Source: Octopus sinensis (Eukaryota). Taken from it: a stretch of DNA of 64,000 nucleotides. Made by a program: the position numbers and the translations under genes. The notes under the pieces were generated by a model. The model saw only the letters and a program-made list of their open reading frames with translations. It was not told where the DNA came from and made no database searches. How positions within the stretch are numbered: position 1 is the first letter of the stretch; each line of letters opens with the position of its first letter. Shown here piece by piece: positions 13,661-28,982 of the stretch. The DNA lies in contig NC_043006.1 of NCBI RefSeq assembly GCF_006345805.1, forward strand, positions 50,282,001-50,346,000, in the 5' to 3' direction.

Positions 13661-14503
13661 TAGTTTTATTTTTATAGCGTGCTTTCACTTCACTACCGAG
13701 CGCAGCTCTGTGTGCCTTGGGTATGTGCTGTGATTTGTTGTGATGCTCTGATGGTTATTGTATGGAAATTGTTCTGCGTAGGATGTGTGCAGTGCCTGGT
13801 AGTGCAATTTTCTGTATGTTATATGTGTTTGTAAGTCCTGGTGTTTTTGTTATGTATTTGTCTGAATATTTTTTTATCATGCCTAATGCACCCATTATGA
13901 TAGGAATTGTTTCTGTTTTTAGATTCCACATTCTGGTTACCTCTATTTCCAGGTCTTTGTATTTTGAAAGTTTCTCCATTTCTTTTAGAGACACGTTGTC
14001 ATCTGCCGGTATTGATACATCAATTAGAAAGCATCTTTTTCTTCATGATCTCTGACAACTATATCTGGTCTGTTGGCCTTAATTTCTCTATCTGTGTGTA
14101 TCGGCATATCCCAGAGTATGGTTGCTTTCTCGTTTTCTGTGACCTTTTCTGGTGTGTCCCTATACCATCTTTTTTCTGTTGTTATTCCATAATGTTGGCA
14201 TAGCTTCCAGTGTATGTAGGTTCTAACTCTGTCATGTCTGTGAATATATTCCTTCTTAGCCAGGACTGGGCAGCCAGAGATAATATGATTTATTGTTTCT
14301 TGTCCATCTCCACATAATCTGCAGTTACTTGTTATATTTCTTTTCATTACATGTTTTTGGTAATTTCTGGTGGGGAGGCTTTGGTCTTGTGATGCAATTA
14401 AAAATCCCGCTGTCTCTGCTTTGAGTCCTGAGCTTCTCAACCATTGCTGGGATTTTTCTTTGTCTATTTCTTTTGCATTTAGTTTAGTCCAGTATTTACC
14501 ATT
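13660..14503 (-). mobile_element. 3' fragment of an R4/Dong-like non-LTR retrotransposon (CCHC + restriction-like endonuclease)
   Basis: ORFs 14024-14665 and 13755-13994: CRLCGDGQETINHIISGC, RHD, ILWD, RPDIV, EKLSKYKDL, IPIIMGALG; one frameshift; flanked by (TAA)n/(TAC)n. Confidence 0.9.
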
Positions 14504-14527
14504 TATTATTATTATTATTATTATCAC

Positions 14528-14651
<124 letters not shown>

Positions 14652-14885
14652 TCGATATGCCGCAAACCACGCCGCGAACTAAGATTCTCTGTTACTGCTT
14701 ATCTTTGTTAGGATTTCAATTTAGTCAGCCTATAGCTATGTGCAACACACATTGATGAGTCCAGTGTAATTTATATAATCAAATGTAAATAAATATTTAT
14801 ATCTGGCTATTCCAATTGGCCTTCCTAATGAAGTATGAAGATACATATAACATATACAGATGCATGCATACATCCATCCATATGA

Positions 14886-14928
<43 letters not shown>

Positions 14929-14930
14929 AT

Positions 14931-14986
<56 letters not shown>

Positions 14987-15061
14987 TATATAATGTATGT
15001 ATATATATACATATGTATATATATATATGCATATATATTATACACATACATATAAATATGT

Positions 15062-15135
<74 letters not shown>

Positions 15136-15508
15136 CGCACACATGTGTATGATGAATGCAAAAAATTTTAATAATTACAGGATTTGAAAACTTTCAAATT
15201 TAATTAGCAAGAACAGAAAATTTTTACACAGACATACACATACGCACGTACATACACACACACACCACACATATGTACGTGCATACAAATATGTATGAAC
15301 ACTTACACACACGCATGTACACAAATATACTTACTTATAGACACTCATATACACAAATGTGTATTTCTATTCTTGTCAATTAAATCGTAGAATTTGGAAA
15401 TCTAATTATTTAAATATTAATGTATTTCAGTATCAACAGTTCTCTCACAAACCATCTTCTCACCCTCTTAAATGCATAGACACACACATACATCTACATG
15501 TATGTATG

Positions 15509-15540
<32 letters not shown>

Positions 15541-16613
15541 TGTATGTATGTATGTATGTATGTATGTATGTATGTATGTATGTATGTATGTATGTATGTA
15601 TCTATGTATGTATGTATGCATGCATGTATATACACATATACATTGGCGCATACGTATACATAAATACACATATACCCACTACACATATGCTCATACACGC
15701 ATACTTATATCTCTAAAGAATATAAAATATATCTATAAAGATAGAAACGCAAACATATGCACACAGTCACGTTTTCATAAAAAACTGTTTTATCACTATT
15801 ACACAATTCATTTAACTACTTGTCCACTTAATTTGCGTATGACGTCATCCACTATTGTAATGGGTATGTGCGTCTGTGTCTGTATTTGTGTGTATGTGTG
15901 TGTGTGTTTGTGTTTGTGTGTGTACGTGTGTGTGCGTGTGTGGGTGTGTGTGTGAAAGAGAGAGAGTGTATGTGAGCGTGAGTGTATATTTGTTTAAATG
16001 TGTATACTTATAAGCATATGTAACTATAGTCAAATGAATACAAGAAAACTATCCATTTATGTCTTAGGATTTCGAAGAATATATTAGTGATTTCAACAGA
16101 AATTTCAAGATTCTTGAGAGACGTAGCACACACAATATATAACAAAGGTTACGAGTTATGCTTTATTCATAGGTGATCCATTCTCAAAAACCTAAATAAA
16201 TTTCTAAACTATCCAAATGTTAGATCATAAATTTTCACTTAATATAGACATTCCGAAACATATATTAATAAATGAAAGACTATTAATTTAATGGAACAAT
16301 ACTTCGCTACTTACCAGAAGTCAAATACTCCATTTCCCTCATCACTACTGATAGTCATTCCCGATTTAACAAAACATTTTGGCTATGCAATCTTTGATAA
16401 AAAAAAATTAATCATTTTTAGTCCATTCCTACTTTTTATAAAGCAGAATGAAATAATATTTAACCATGTATCAAATACAATCAAATCACTATATTACCTT
16501 TTACATCTTATTACATGTTATATTATATCTTACCAACTCTTTAATAGTCGAAACACATTTAATAACAGAAGTGTTATTCTCATTTGCAATCAATCCTAAA
16601 CACCGTCATATCT

Positions 16614-16741
16614 TTTAGTACTTCATCTGTACTTTTATGTCCTAAATATTTGTCATACCTAATGCTCCATGTAAATTTTAGTACTTCATCTGTACTTTTT
16701 ATGTCCTAAACATTTGTCATACCTAATCCTCCATGTAAATT
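16614..16741. repeat. Tandem duplication, about 63 bp x2
   Basis: ttttagtacttcatctgtacttttatgtcctaaa..tttgtcatacctaat.ctccatgtaaat occurs twice. Confidence 0.85.
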
Positions 16742-17414
16742 AACATATCCCAAAATATTGATAAGTAATAAGTTATGTCCCTTAAAATCTTAAAACACAC
16801 AATACAGTACCAGAAACGCTGTTATGCAATGTTCGTTACGAACAGACTAAGTTTCCATGCTGATAAGTGATTAGCATAAGTTGTGCAAGAAACATGTAGT
16901 TATGTCGTATTGCCACGAACAAGCATGAATAAACATACACGCATACACGCATACACACCTATAAGATTCAAGGATTGAGATGTAAGAAGAAAGTTAGCTT
17001 CAAGCAATCAGTACTAAATATAAAGATCCTCAGGGACAATAGTGGTTTACTGAAACGGAAGGTAGTGAAATTTTTCGTATCAAAGTACGATAAACTGAAA
17101 AAAAGAGTTCTTTTTTATATTTCACGGCAGGCGACCAGAGTTGCCGGGTATGCGAATAGGACTACAAGGGTTGAGGAGTGGACTAGATAAGATCCTAGAT
17201 ACATATGTTTCATAGCGAGCGGAAAATCGGAAATGGTAAATATACAAGCGAGGTGTATACCGTAGACTATTCGTTAGGCCAAGTGTACCCTGATTAAATG
17301 AAAGTTTACATTGTCGCAAGAAGGGTTAGTATTAAAATACCATCACATGTGGCAGGCGAGTTTATCAGCCGTACAGGCAAATTAAGAAAATACATACATA
17401 CAATATAAGAGATG

Positions 17415-17451
<37 letters not shown>

Positions 17452-17602
17452 CTCGAAACGTAAAAGACTTTTTCTATTCCTGAGCGTTATACTAATCCAT
17501 CTGTTTGTTTTGTACACCACCTGTCTTCGTCTTTTGTTTTTTTATCAAACACTCCCTATATATATATGTATATGTATATGTATATATATCTATGTATGTA
17601 TA

Positions 17603-18025
17603 TACGCATGAAGGCACCACAAGAGCACCTACGTCGCTAAAAATAGAAGTAAAAAATACTTCCGTACCTCAGAACAGTCACAGATCTAATTCAGACATGG
17701 TAGAAAAAATTCCAGTGAATATTAAAAACGTTTTACCCCTGGAAGGTCAGCACAAGCAACAGTGGTCAACCTGGAACCGGTTTCGTAATTAGCGTCAAAA
17801 GGTGTCTGTTTCTCAGCCAAGACATCCCAGCTTACAACTACTAACATTTTCCCCCACCATGCCCGCAAAGTCCGTTTGAAGTGACCAAACACTATTTAAA
17901 ACGAAACGCGTAAAATAATTTTCATTGCCATGCCTGTATTGGATTTGTGACTATTCTGTTCTACAGAAGTATGTTTTACTTCCATTTTTAGCAATGTAGG
18001 TGCTCATGTGGTGCCTTCGTGTGTA
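17603..18025. mobile_element. MITE with about 65-bp TIRs, TA flanks
   Basis: tacgcatgaaggcaccacaagagcacctacgtcgctaaaaatagaagtaaaa vs ttttacttccatttttagcaatgtaggtgctcatgtggtgccttcgtgtgta. Confidence 0.7.
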
Positions 18026-18101
18026 TATACAAACGTTCATCCATCCACACACACACACACATACATACATACATACATAAATACATACATACATACATAC
18101 A

Positions 18102-18133
<32 letters not shown>

Positions 18134-18224
18134 CATACATACATACATATATATATATATATACATACATACATACATACATACATACATACATACACAC
18201 ACACACATATATATATATATATAA

Positions 18225-18540
18225 ATTAAAATAATGAGGGTAGAAATTGATATCAATCAATCAACATCAATTAAAACCAGTGGTCTAGCATATTAAAAGA
18301 AAATCCGAAGATTTAAAAATTATATTACAATTAATAAGAGGAATTACCACTAAAGTGGATTCCTATACGCTAGAGATAGACGTCAAATCGTCTTAACACA
18401 AAGAGTGTTTTCTCAAGAAAAAAAAAACAGAAAACGCCAAAATGTAAAATATAAGCAAGGCAAATGAAAATTTACAAAATAAAACGATTACCTACGTATC
18501 ATGATTTCATTATTAATAATTGCAAAATGCAAAATGCAAG
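18225..18540 (-). repeat. Degenerate copy of the repeat at 20530-21100
   Basis: Shared accagtgg.ctagcatatt, aatccgaagatt, accactaaa.tgga, ctatacgctaga, aaacgattaccta. Confidence 0.65.
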
Positions 18541-18719
18541 TATCTGTAAATCCTTTACAGATGTTGGGGTGTGGGGATGCAAGGGTGTGGTGTGGGGATG
18601 TGCGGGTAAGGATGTGGGTGAAGGGATGGGGTATGTGCCAGTGGGATGTATGGGGTGGATGGAGGATGTGTTGGGATGGTGTGGTTGGGATGTGTAGGGG
18701 TGGGTGTGGATGGAGGAGG

Positions 18720-19503
18720 TAACGACGAAGGAAGAAGGTGGGTCGGAGTGAAGAGAGGAAGTAGGTGTGAGATGAAGACGGAGAGAGTAGGGTAGTCAGA
18801 TGAAGAGGGGAGGAGAGTTGACCCCATGTACCGCAAAGGAGTGAAGAGGGAATATTAATTCCTGTTCACGGCGAAGGCGGGAGTCCAGTTGGCCCCTGTG
18901 CAAAGACAATCCAAACACAGACAGATGTTGTAATAAATGACCAGTAGAGCGGAAATGGCGCGAGACCGGAGTATCGTTGCCAAGACTAATGTCTCGGGGG
19001 TGCTCTGCGAACCGGTCGGCCTAGCAGCGTCCCGTTTGACCGATGTACAGAGAAGGGCAGAAAGAGCAGGAGATGCAGTAAATGACGTTGCTTGAAGTGC
19101 AGGTAAAGGAATCAGTGATATGATGGGTGCCTGTGATGATGGTCGTGTTGGAGAGGTAGAGGCAAGTCCAGCAGCATGGGTGTGAGCAGGGAAGCGAGCC
19201 AGGTTGGGAGGTGGGGGTCAAGTAAGAAGCTGTGGACCAGGAGGTCATGTAGGTTGTGGGCTCGTTTGAAGGAGGGAAGAGGTAGGTTGGGGAAGATTTG
19301 CAAATTGGAGGGGTTGGACTGGAAATGTGTTCGAAATGGTACAGGCGAATTCGAGAGTAGGATGGAAAGATTGGACAAAAGAGAGGAAGGAGTCTAGTTC
19401 GCGGGAGAGCGAAGTCGCACCGATATAGTCATCAATATAACAACCATAGAGTTCGGGAGTGGGGCCAGTGAATCTTAAAAATATTTGGGCCTCTACGTAG
19501 CCA
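18720..19503 (-). mobile_element. Degenerate, internally deleted Penelope-like element, same family as 29778-31640
   Basis: GYVEAQIF..TGPTPELYGCYIDDYIGATS, LPSFKRAHNLHDLLVHS, NVIYCISCSFCPSLYIGQTGR in shifted frames. Confidence 0.9.
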
Positions 19504-20311
19504 GTGTGTGTGTGTGTGTGCTCATTTGTATATATATGTATATGTATACACACGCACACACACACATATATATATACACACGTGTGCGTGTATTCATATA
19601 TGTATGTGTGTGAATACATATATGAATACACGTACACACACACACACACACACATACACACACACATATATATATATATAACCCCACTAAATGTTTTGGG
19701 TTGGGTTGGGTGGCTGGTTGGCTAGTTAGTTTTTCCAGACATGCTTTGCATTGTATAGAGATAAGGGAAGAGAGTATAGAAGAAGGATAGAGGGGAAGTT
19801 AATAGGAGGTGCAGGATGAGTGTACATATTAGGCTTGGTGAGATAGACATTGAGAGAAACATAACTTCTCTTGCTTCTTATAATTTTCTCAAAACCATAA
19901 TTTTTTTTAATGAAATTTTGTAGAGACAGGTTTTCGAATGAGCAGATTGCTTTTATACTGATAACATTTAGGAAAATAATAACATATTTATTACAAATGT
20001 ACAAATGAGAAATTTGTTTTATTTAAGTTTATATTAAAGTAATAAATAAATTTATTGTGAACATTATTTTTTATTTTGATCATTTTGTATTAGCACCAAA
20101 AACTTGTGATTAAATTTAAGACATAATCATTGCATTATATGCCATATTTTGTGATGTTACCCACGGTGACAAAATCTTATTATCACAGTTTCTCGTCATA
20201 TAAGGAGTAAGACTTTAAGATAAGTGTGTCAGTAATATATATTTATTGGGATTTTTTATATGTGTATACCTATCTATCTATCTGTCTATCTATCTATCAA
20301 TCAATCAATCA

Positions 20312-20366
<55 letters not shown>

Positions 20367-20387
20367 GATCGATCGATCGATCGATCG

Positions 20388-20469
<82 letters not shown>

Positions 20470-20500
20470 TTAACTGCCCCTGATATATATATTTAATATA

Positions 20501-20529
<29 letters not shown>

Positions 20530-20531
<2 letters not shown>

Positions 20532-21100
20532 ATTAAATAAGGGCACTAATTTATATTAATCAATTACAACCAGTGGCCTAGCATATTTTTTAAAATCCGA
20601 AGATTAAAAAAGTTTTAACATACAAAATTTAGAGGACTGACCACTAAAAATGGACGGCCTATACGCTAGATATAGATATATCGCCATTTTCCACGAAGAA
20701 TGTTTACTTAAGAAAAAACTCAGCAAAAAACCAAAGTGTAAAAATAAGCAAGACAAATGAAAATATACGAAATAAAAAACGATTACCTATGTACTAACTA
20801 GTTTCACTTGTTAATATTTACGTATATTTATACGCAAACATCTGCAAGATCATCAGCATAGTCTGTCGTTTACAAAACACAATTTCCAGAACTAGATACA
20901 GAACGCTCAACCGAAATCCATCATGTATAAAGTTCTACATGTTATATTTATGTGTATCTTTCAAATGCCTCTACTTTGGGCGCACTGAGATCGGAAATTA
21001 ACTCTGCAGTTAATAAACTACAGCAGTCAATTTACCGGTTAGAGAACCTCTATATCTAGCATATAGGCTGTCCACTTTTAGTGGTCAGTCCTCTCAATTT
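20530..21100 (-). mobile_element. Non-coding PLE-terminal-repeat-like element with a partial inverted repeat and a hammerhead motif
   Basis: About 20620-20677 is inverted at about 21050-21104; HHR at 20787-20861. Confidence 0.65.
20787..20861 (-). ncRNA. Type I hammerhead ribozyme motif
   Basis: Minus strand: CTATG CTGATGA TCTTG..(long hairpin)..CAAGT GAAACTAGTTAGT A CATAG; intact core, stem I CTATG/CATAG, GUA triplet. Confidence 0.7.
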
Positions 21101-21140
21101 TGTATATATATATATATATATATATATTCACATACATATA

Positions 21141-22368
21141 CGAAGGGTATTCATTAAAGATTTCCCCTGACCCACTTTCGGTTATTGCAGGAAACGAAGC
21201 TTGTACAGGTATAATAATACATGTCTCTACATGTAACATAGTAAATGGTAGCTTTCCACTAGTATTCGTTTGTGTTTTACGCCTGCTGAAGTGGACTAAG
21301 GTGTTATAATAGAGGCAGTTGAATGCAGATCAGTGATCAGGTTCTTATACTTGAAATGTTGTACACCAAAAGAGACTTTCGATGGGAAGAAATTTGACAC
21401 GACGTAGTCAAGCATTGACGTCGCGAGTTCAAATATCGTGGGATATCGGTGGAGACTGCTCCTATTCCTGGACGACCACATTCCACCATTGATGACGACA
21501 CCATTCATAAACTGGAAGCCGCCATTTTGGAGGATCGCCGCATAACTATTCGGCAACAATTCCAAGAAGTGAAGCTTAGTGTAAAGTCCGTGAATAAGAT
21601 CATTCAGACCATTTGCACATGCGGAAGTTGTCTACACAATGGATTCTCCTGATGCCCACATCTTTTCAGAGGCTGGAACGAGTCAATTGCTCCCAGGCTC
21701 TTTTGGCAATGTTACAAGAAAGCAAGGAGGACTTTGTCGGCAGACTTATCACACAGGATGAAACATGGGTCAATCACTATGATAACTCACCACCTACAAA
21801 GAAGGCTCGTATTCAACTCTCAGCTGGCGAAGTGATGCTCACAGTCTTTTGAGACTAGCACGCAGTAGTAATGATGGAATCTTCTGGCAAAGGGCACCAC
21901 AAATTAATGGGGCATGTTATGCTTCCCTGCTGCAGAAATTGCAGGACGCCATCAAAGCAGAGAGGCATGGCATACTAACTAAATGAGTCTGCCTTCTCCA
22001 AGACAACGCCCCAGTTCATAATGCGTATGTTGCCCAGATGAAAGTACACTCCTGCGGCTATAAAATCCTTCCTCATCCCTCTTATTCTACTGATTTTGCA
22101 CCTCTTACCTACCTCTTTCCAACCATGAAGTCGTTTTTGACAGGGAAGCTCTTTTCGGTTGATGATGAACTTATTTCCAGGTAAAGTCTTGACTTCAGAC
22201 GCAACCTACTGATTTCTACTGACGAGGTCTTTACAGCTGCATAAAGCAAGGGGAGAAGTATGTCATCATTGGTGGTGGTTATGTAGCGAAGGACTAATAA
22301 TTAAGCCAAGCTTCGTTTATCCCAGTGCTTGTGAAGTGGGTCACGGGAAATCTTTAATGAACACCCCT
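21141..22368 (+). mobile_element. Mariner transposon, near full length, pseudogenised transposase
   Basis: TIRs cgaagggtattcattaaagatttccc / gggaaatctttaatgaacacccct, TA flanks; PGRP, ITQDETWV, LQDNAPVH, HPSYSTDFAP motifs. Confidence 0.92.
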
Positions 22369-22372
22369 TATG

Positions 22373-22439
<67 letters not shown>

Positions 22440-22571
22440 CCGCTCGTGTATAAATATATATATATTATATATATATTATATATTATATATATACATGCAA
22501 TGTGTGTGTGTGTGTTTGTATACATATAACAGATGTATATGTATATGGATATATATATGTATATGTATATG

Positions 22572-22603
<32 letters not shown>

Positions 22604-22632
22604 TATAGATAGATACATAAATACATATATAC

Positions 22633-22713
<81 letters not shown>

Positions 22714-23076
22714 TATATATGTATGTATATATCACTACCGTTTGTGTTTCACCCTATGGTTTGCTCCATTAAGCCCATTCACTCGTAACGGATATGTCTG
22801 ATAATCTGTAAATATCTGCAGAGTTTGTATGTGTACCTCTGTGTGTGTTTGTGTGTTGTGTGTGTATGTGTCTGTGCACGCGCACCTGAGTGATTGCCTA
22901 TGTTTCTGTGCATGCTTGCATGCGCGTATGTATAGATATGTATGTGTATGTAACTAGGCATTAAATGTTTACATTTATATATGTATCTATGTATACATAT
23001 ATGTACATATAAACATAAATAGAAATATACATATATCAACATATATATACACTCAGGCGCACAGAATATATACGCA

Positions 23077-23150
<74 letters not shown>

Positions 23151-23180
23151 ATTATATCGTATATATGTACGATATATATC

Positions 23181-23214
<34 letters not shown>

Positions 23215-23689
23215 TATATATAATATATATATATATATATCTATATATAGTATATATATATGTACATAGTTGTACATATATCAATGTATGTATATGTATG
23301 TGCGTGTCTCATGTTTTCATTCTGTTAATTAAGTCTGAAAATTTGAAAATTGGAAACCATTTACTTTAAATATACCTACTTCAGGCTATACGAGCTCACA
23401 CACACATGCATACACACACACAGACACACACAAAGAAACAAATATATATGAAGAGAAACAGAGGGTGAAAAGGAGGGAAACAGGGTGAGAGATAGAGAGA
23501 GAAATACAATGATGTGTTCATAAGCACATATATAATCTAATATATACATAGGCGCACACTTAAGTGTCTACGCATGCAATTATAAACAGTTGCATAAATG
23601 TATGTTTATCACTATTATTTAGCTATTACGTTTATTTAATATACACTTTTTCTCATTCTTATTTTACTATGTGACAATATTTAACTAAC

Positions 23690-23798
23690 AGGCGCAGGAG
23701 TGGCTGTGTGGTAAGTAGCTTGCTTACTAACCACCTGGTTCCGGGTTCAGTCCCACTGCGTGGTTCCTTGGGCAAGTGTCTTCTACTATAGCCTCAGG
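23690..23798 (+). mobile_element. SINE family B, 5' head only
   Basis: aggcgcaggagtggctgtgtggtaag..gggttcagtccc..ccttgggcaagtgtcttctactatagcctc. Confidence 0.8.
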
Positions 23799-25159
23799 CA
23801 TTACGAGAGTGACGATGTGTGAATAATGAAAATAATGTTTCTCCGAATTAGTCATATATGTATTATAATAAAGAAAGCTGTCTATTATCTATCTACCTAT
23901 AAACTATGTTTTTGACTCAACAATTCTTTCTTACAACTAAAATAACCTCGGCAACTACGTTGGATCGCACAATATTTTGATTCGCTTCTAGTGTATAACT
24001 TTCGTCCAATGTTTCACGCATTCCTAGAATTCTTCTTAGACAAACATATATGAAAATGTACACATAAATATTATATCAAAATAAGCCACAAACAAAACAA
24101 TTATATTAAAAGACATCAATTTTTCTATATGTTATGAGGAAATACACCCTCCCCTCTCTCTCACGCACAAAAATATGTATGCATATGTATTTATGGGCGA
24201 AGGTCAAGAATACGCACTCCCGATGTTTATGGTTAGGGTTACGCCGAAAACGGGTGGTGTGCGTATTCTTTACCTCCGCCCATTTATATACGTGTATATG
24301 AAAGATAATGTGTGCAAGAGAGAGAAAGCGAGTGAGTGCCACTTGCACATACATGCAAAAGTTTATACATCAAAACACAAACCTTCACTCACTCACTGTC
24401 TCTCTCTCTCACTCACTCACACACACACATGTCCATTTCATATACACGTACATCTTACACTTTCTCCTCTCACTTCAAAGCAAATGTCTTCTTTTCACCT
24501 TATCCTCTCTGTCAATTTCTGCTCTCTTCAAAGCATATATAAATTAAACCAATTTTACGGAAATTAACAAACAATCATATGATCCCATATATGTCGAGTT
24601 GACAACTTTGCTTCTTCAAATGAAAGAATGCCATAGAATAACTTCCTTTGACAAACACACATACTCTACGTAAAAATTCTGTGCGAATTATGTTAATTCT
24701 TGCAGTGTGCACGTGCAAATTTACATCTCAAACCCAAATGAATTTATCATTTTCTATCCTGTAATTTGTGTTTGTGATGTGGGTATTTAAAATCCTGATC
24801 TTCGATATGAATTTTAAAGGAGGTTTTCCCAGAAATCCTGTTCTTTATCTCTTCTTTCTAGCATGTCCAAGGTGACATTTCCTCCCCACGTATTTTTTTC
24901 CTAATTTTTTTCCGATTCCTATGTTTGCGATATACCAAGCAGTACAGGATGTCGTTTCCAAATTTGTGGAAGAGTGAATTGTACCATGGTGCTTTTATCT
25001 TTCTCAGAGACGGTGTCCAACTGACTTTAATATGCCGTGCAGTCGACAAAATCTCGGCATTTAATCATACATATAAATCAATTACACAATTGTAGAGTGT
25101 GCATGTAACAGAAAATCCAGAAAATCCGTGAGATGAAATTATTTCATGAGGAGTGTATA

Positions 25160-25465
25160 AAAGTATATAGTCAGGAGATACGAGAGGTCAATATTTATGT
25201 AACCACATGACTTTTATTGGCTTACAGCCGTTTCGCAACATTTTTCATAAAGTATTAATTTCAGTAGAGAAGAGATTATGCGTAGAGTATTATATAATTC
25301 TACTGTATAAAACCGATCATAACTTCAATGCAAACATGTACGCCTAATGTCTTCCACACTGAAATTTATACGACATGAGAGAAGTTGCGAAACGGCCGTA
25401 AAGCTATGGAAGCCATGTGATTAAATAATATATATTCACATCTCATATCTCCTGACTTTATATTT
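25160..25465. repeat. Inverted repeat (about 90-bp arms) with HHR 3' half GAAACGGCCGTA
   Basis: agtcaggagata..ttacagccgtttcgcaac vs gttgcgaaacggccgtaa..tatctcctgact. Confidence 0.65.
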
Positions 25466-25560
25466 ACACACACACACACACACACACAACACACACACAC
25501 ACATATATATATATCATACATACATTTATATATATATATATAATATATAATATATAGATA

Positions 25561-25599
<39 letters not shown>

Positions 25600-25649
25600 A
25601 TATTCACTGAAATATTGATGTATATATTGGAAAGTATTGATATTATATA

Positions 25650-25877
25650 TTTATTTCTGCATTGCTCTCAGGGGGCTAAACATAGAGGAGATAAACAAGG
25701 ACAGACAAAGGGATTAAGTCGATTACAGTGCGCAAACTGGTACTTAGTTAATCGACCTGGAAAGGATGAAAGGCAAAGCTGACCTTGACGGAATTTGAAC
25801 TCAGAACGTAACGGCAGCTGAAATACAGTTAAGCATTTCGCCCAGCGTGCTAACGTTTCTGCTAGCTTGCCGCCTTA
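25650..25877 (-). mobile_element. SINE family A
   Basis: Homologous to 7611-7843. Confidence 0.8.
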
Positions 25878-26556
25878 TGATGATGTCATAAATTTTAAAA
25901 TAAATGGGGGTCATGTAGAAAATGCAAATGCATATATTTCCTTCACATGTAGCAAATAGAAGCTTATCTTGTACGCATTGTATATACATCCTCTCTCTCT
26001 CTTTCTTTCCAAATACATACACTCACATGCAGATATACGTGCATACCTACATGTGTATGTATTGTGTGTATGCTTTAACTTAAAATATATACCTTCTTAG
26101 TATTATTCGTATTATGTCTCATAAGTTTTCATTCCATATTATTTTATTAGTGCTGGGAATCAGACTTGATTATATTTAAAAAATACTAAACTAAACGTTT
26201 ACAGCGAAATAACGTATTCCTTGTATTTACGAGATATTTATCTCTATAAATAATATTATAACTTTCAGCTGTACTTGAATTGAAATTAAAAATTTCTAGA
26301 CAGAGTTTATAAGTGAGTGCAAATGTGTTGATGTAAAGTTCTACATGCAGAGGTGCCGTACTCCAATAAAAAACGATTCGGTTGTTTACTATTTTCTCCG
26401 ACATATTTTTTGTGTTTACGTACATGAATAAAAAACAGACTCATTTTTTATCAGTCTTTCTGCCGTTCGGTTACGAAGGACAAACAAATACATTTCTTAC
26501 GAACTTTTTTGTAACTAGAAATCTGAAATCATGTACAATATTACACACACACACAG

Positions 26557-26590
<34 letters not shown>

Positions 26591-27038
26591 ACACACACAC
26601 ACACACACACAACACACAGACACACACACACATTATTTTCTAGTCTTCTCTCTAAGGCCACCTCTATAACCTGAAGTTATTTGTTTTCAAAAACTATATC
26701 GCAAAAGATTTCATAGATATTTTTTTTGCATTTGTGAAGTATTTATTTATATAAAAAATTATTCTACTACACCTCATTTTGTCGTGTCATACATAAACTC
26801 GCGTGCGCGCGCACACACACACACACACACCACATATACATGCATGTATAAGTGTGTGTTTAATATACATATACGCACATATATATAGATGAACTACTAT
26901 GTGGAGTATACACACATACACACACATATAAGTATATATGTATGCGTATATATATGCATATATATGTGTTTATATATGTATGTATACAGGTATGTGTATA
27001 TGTATATGTATATGTATATATTATACACACTATATATG

Positions 27039-27114
<76 letters not shown>

Positions 27115-28301
27115 CACATGAAAAATTCACTCAGAATATGTAGAGAGTACAGTATGAGGGGAATATACAAATGTATGGAGAAATACATAAATGTATGTAT
27201 GTATGTATGCAAGAAAATAGGTTTTCTTTCTTACAGGCAATCAGATAAGAAAAGAAATAAAAATTTACAAAAAATGGTAATACACAGAAGAAAATTCCAT
27301 GCCGATAAAATATTATACTGAAATCAAATGTCCAATAGGTTTCATCACAAAATTACAACATTTTACATCAACAGAAATTGATAAATGTTCAAATGCAATT
27401 GTGTAATGAAGATTATATTAGACAAACTAGTTATGCTTTGAAGCACAGAATGACGGTGCCCCTTCAATGGATACGAGATTCCACGTTAATCAAAAAAGTC
27501 TGCAAACAACTAGATATTAGCCCATCAAACAAACATCAAGACTACCAAATTTTCATTTTATTGAAGTCATCGGGATCTCCTTAGTCCTTTTCCGATTACA
27601 CATTTCGGTACTATTTACTGCCGCTAGTCTAGGCTTGACTAATTGAACCTTGCTTTTGGTTAAAACCGAACTCTCAAAGCAAAAAAATAAGAATCATATG
27701 ATACTATTAAATATCCAACTGATTCTAACACCAGACAAAGAAGTGACGTTTTAAAGGAATTAGCTAAGCGGAATGCTGGATGACTGTCAGACAAAAGGAG
27801 GTGACCAAGACCTTTGATAATCAAGTGACAGCCACAGAAAATTAACCAGCCAAAGCACTGGGCTGCTATCGGACAAAACGAATTCATCAAATCAGTTGTT
27901 AAACAAATGATGACCAACGGTGGTCAACCAACCAGAACGCTGGACTACTGTCGTGCAATAAGTGTCCAGAACAGTTGACAAACAAATGGACGTACTTAGG
28001 CAGTCAGCCATCAAGAGCGCTTGGCCTCGCTCGGGCAAAATCCAGTCACATATTTTAGTAAGTAACCAATCAGGACTCGATTTCCACGAAAAAAGCAAAC
28101 AACGAACAGCAATCCTTCTTATAACACAACAGATCTAGTAAAATGAATTATTTTTATTCTTTAAAAGCTATATCACATCTAACTACTAACATAACTTACT
28201 GCTTTGAAATCTGTTGAACTTATTTCTAACATTATTGCTATGAAATTTATTGAACATATGAACTTACATCAGTTCCTCTCACTGTGAAGTCTACTGAGTA
28301 C

Positions 28302-28401
<100 letters not shown>

Positions 28402-28982
28402 CAGATAGATAGATAGATGGAATGATGGATGGGTAGATGAACAGAGAGACGGGCGGACGAACGGATAGACATACAGACAGGCAGACAGACCGATACGGGG
28501 ATAGATTGATAAACAGATAGATAAAGATATACATATAATACACGCGTACATACACACACAGATATCTACATATGTGCAAATTGAGCCTCTTAACCATACA
28601 ACTATATGTATACGTATGTATTTACATGTGAAACGGATATTCTCACGTGAAACTTGCTTGCTTTTCATATATATATGTACGTAGCCAACGTTTTGCTTGC
28701 AGCCAGTTAAACGGCCTTAAATATCTAGAAAGTGGCATTCGTTGTACTCAAGCGTTTGTAACTAGTAGTTTTATATGTAGGTACTTTCTGCATATTCCTA
28801 AGAACAAATCAAAACACAGTCTTTTTGGAACTACAAACAACCGGTAGACTTTCGTTGTGAATGGATACGGTAGATGGAAGCTGAAAGATGCCCATGAGTA
28901 TACGGGAATACTCATATGCTATGCTTGAGTGTGTATACTATCTTAATTTCGTTGTTCTGAGTTATCCGTTGTTCTTGTAAAG

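Noticed and set aside
12990-13733. 247-aa ORF and similar [15 protein letters not shown] peptides at 37862 and 50008
   Set aside because: Antisense translation of SINE family B
20364-20390. (GATC)n palindromic run
   Set aside because: Point variant amplified by slippage within (TATC)n
23690-23770. tRNA-like sequences with A and B boxes
   Set aside because: SINE heads, not cloverleaf tRNA genes
27660-28110. Moderate-GC unique stretch with short ORFs
   Set aside because: No recognisable motif or splice structure
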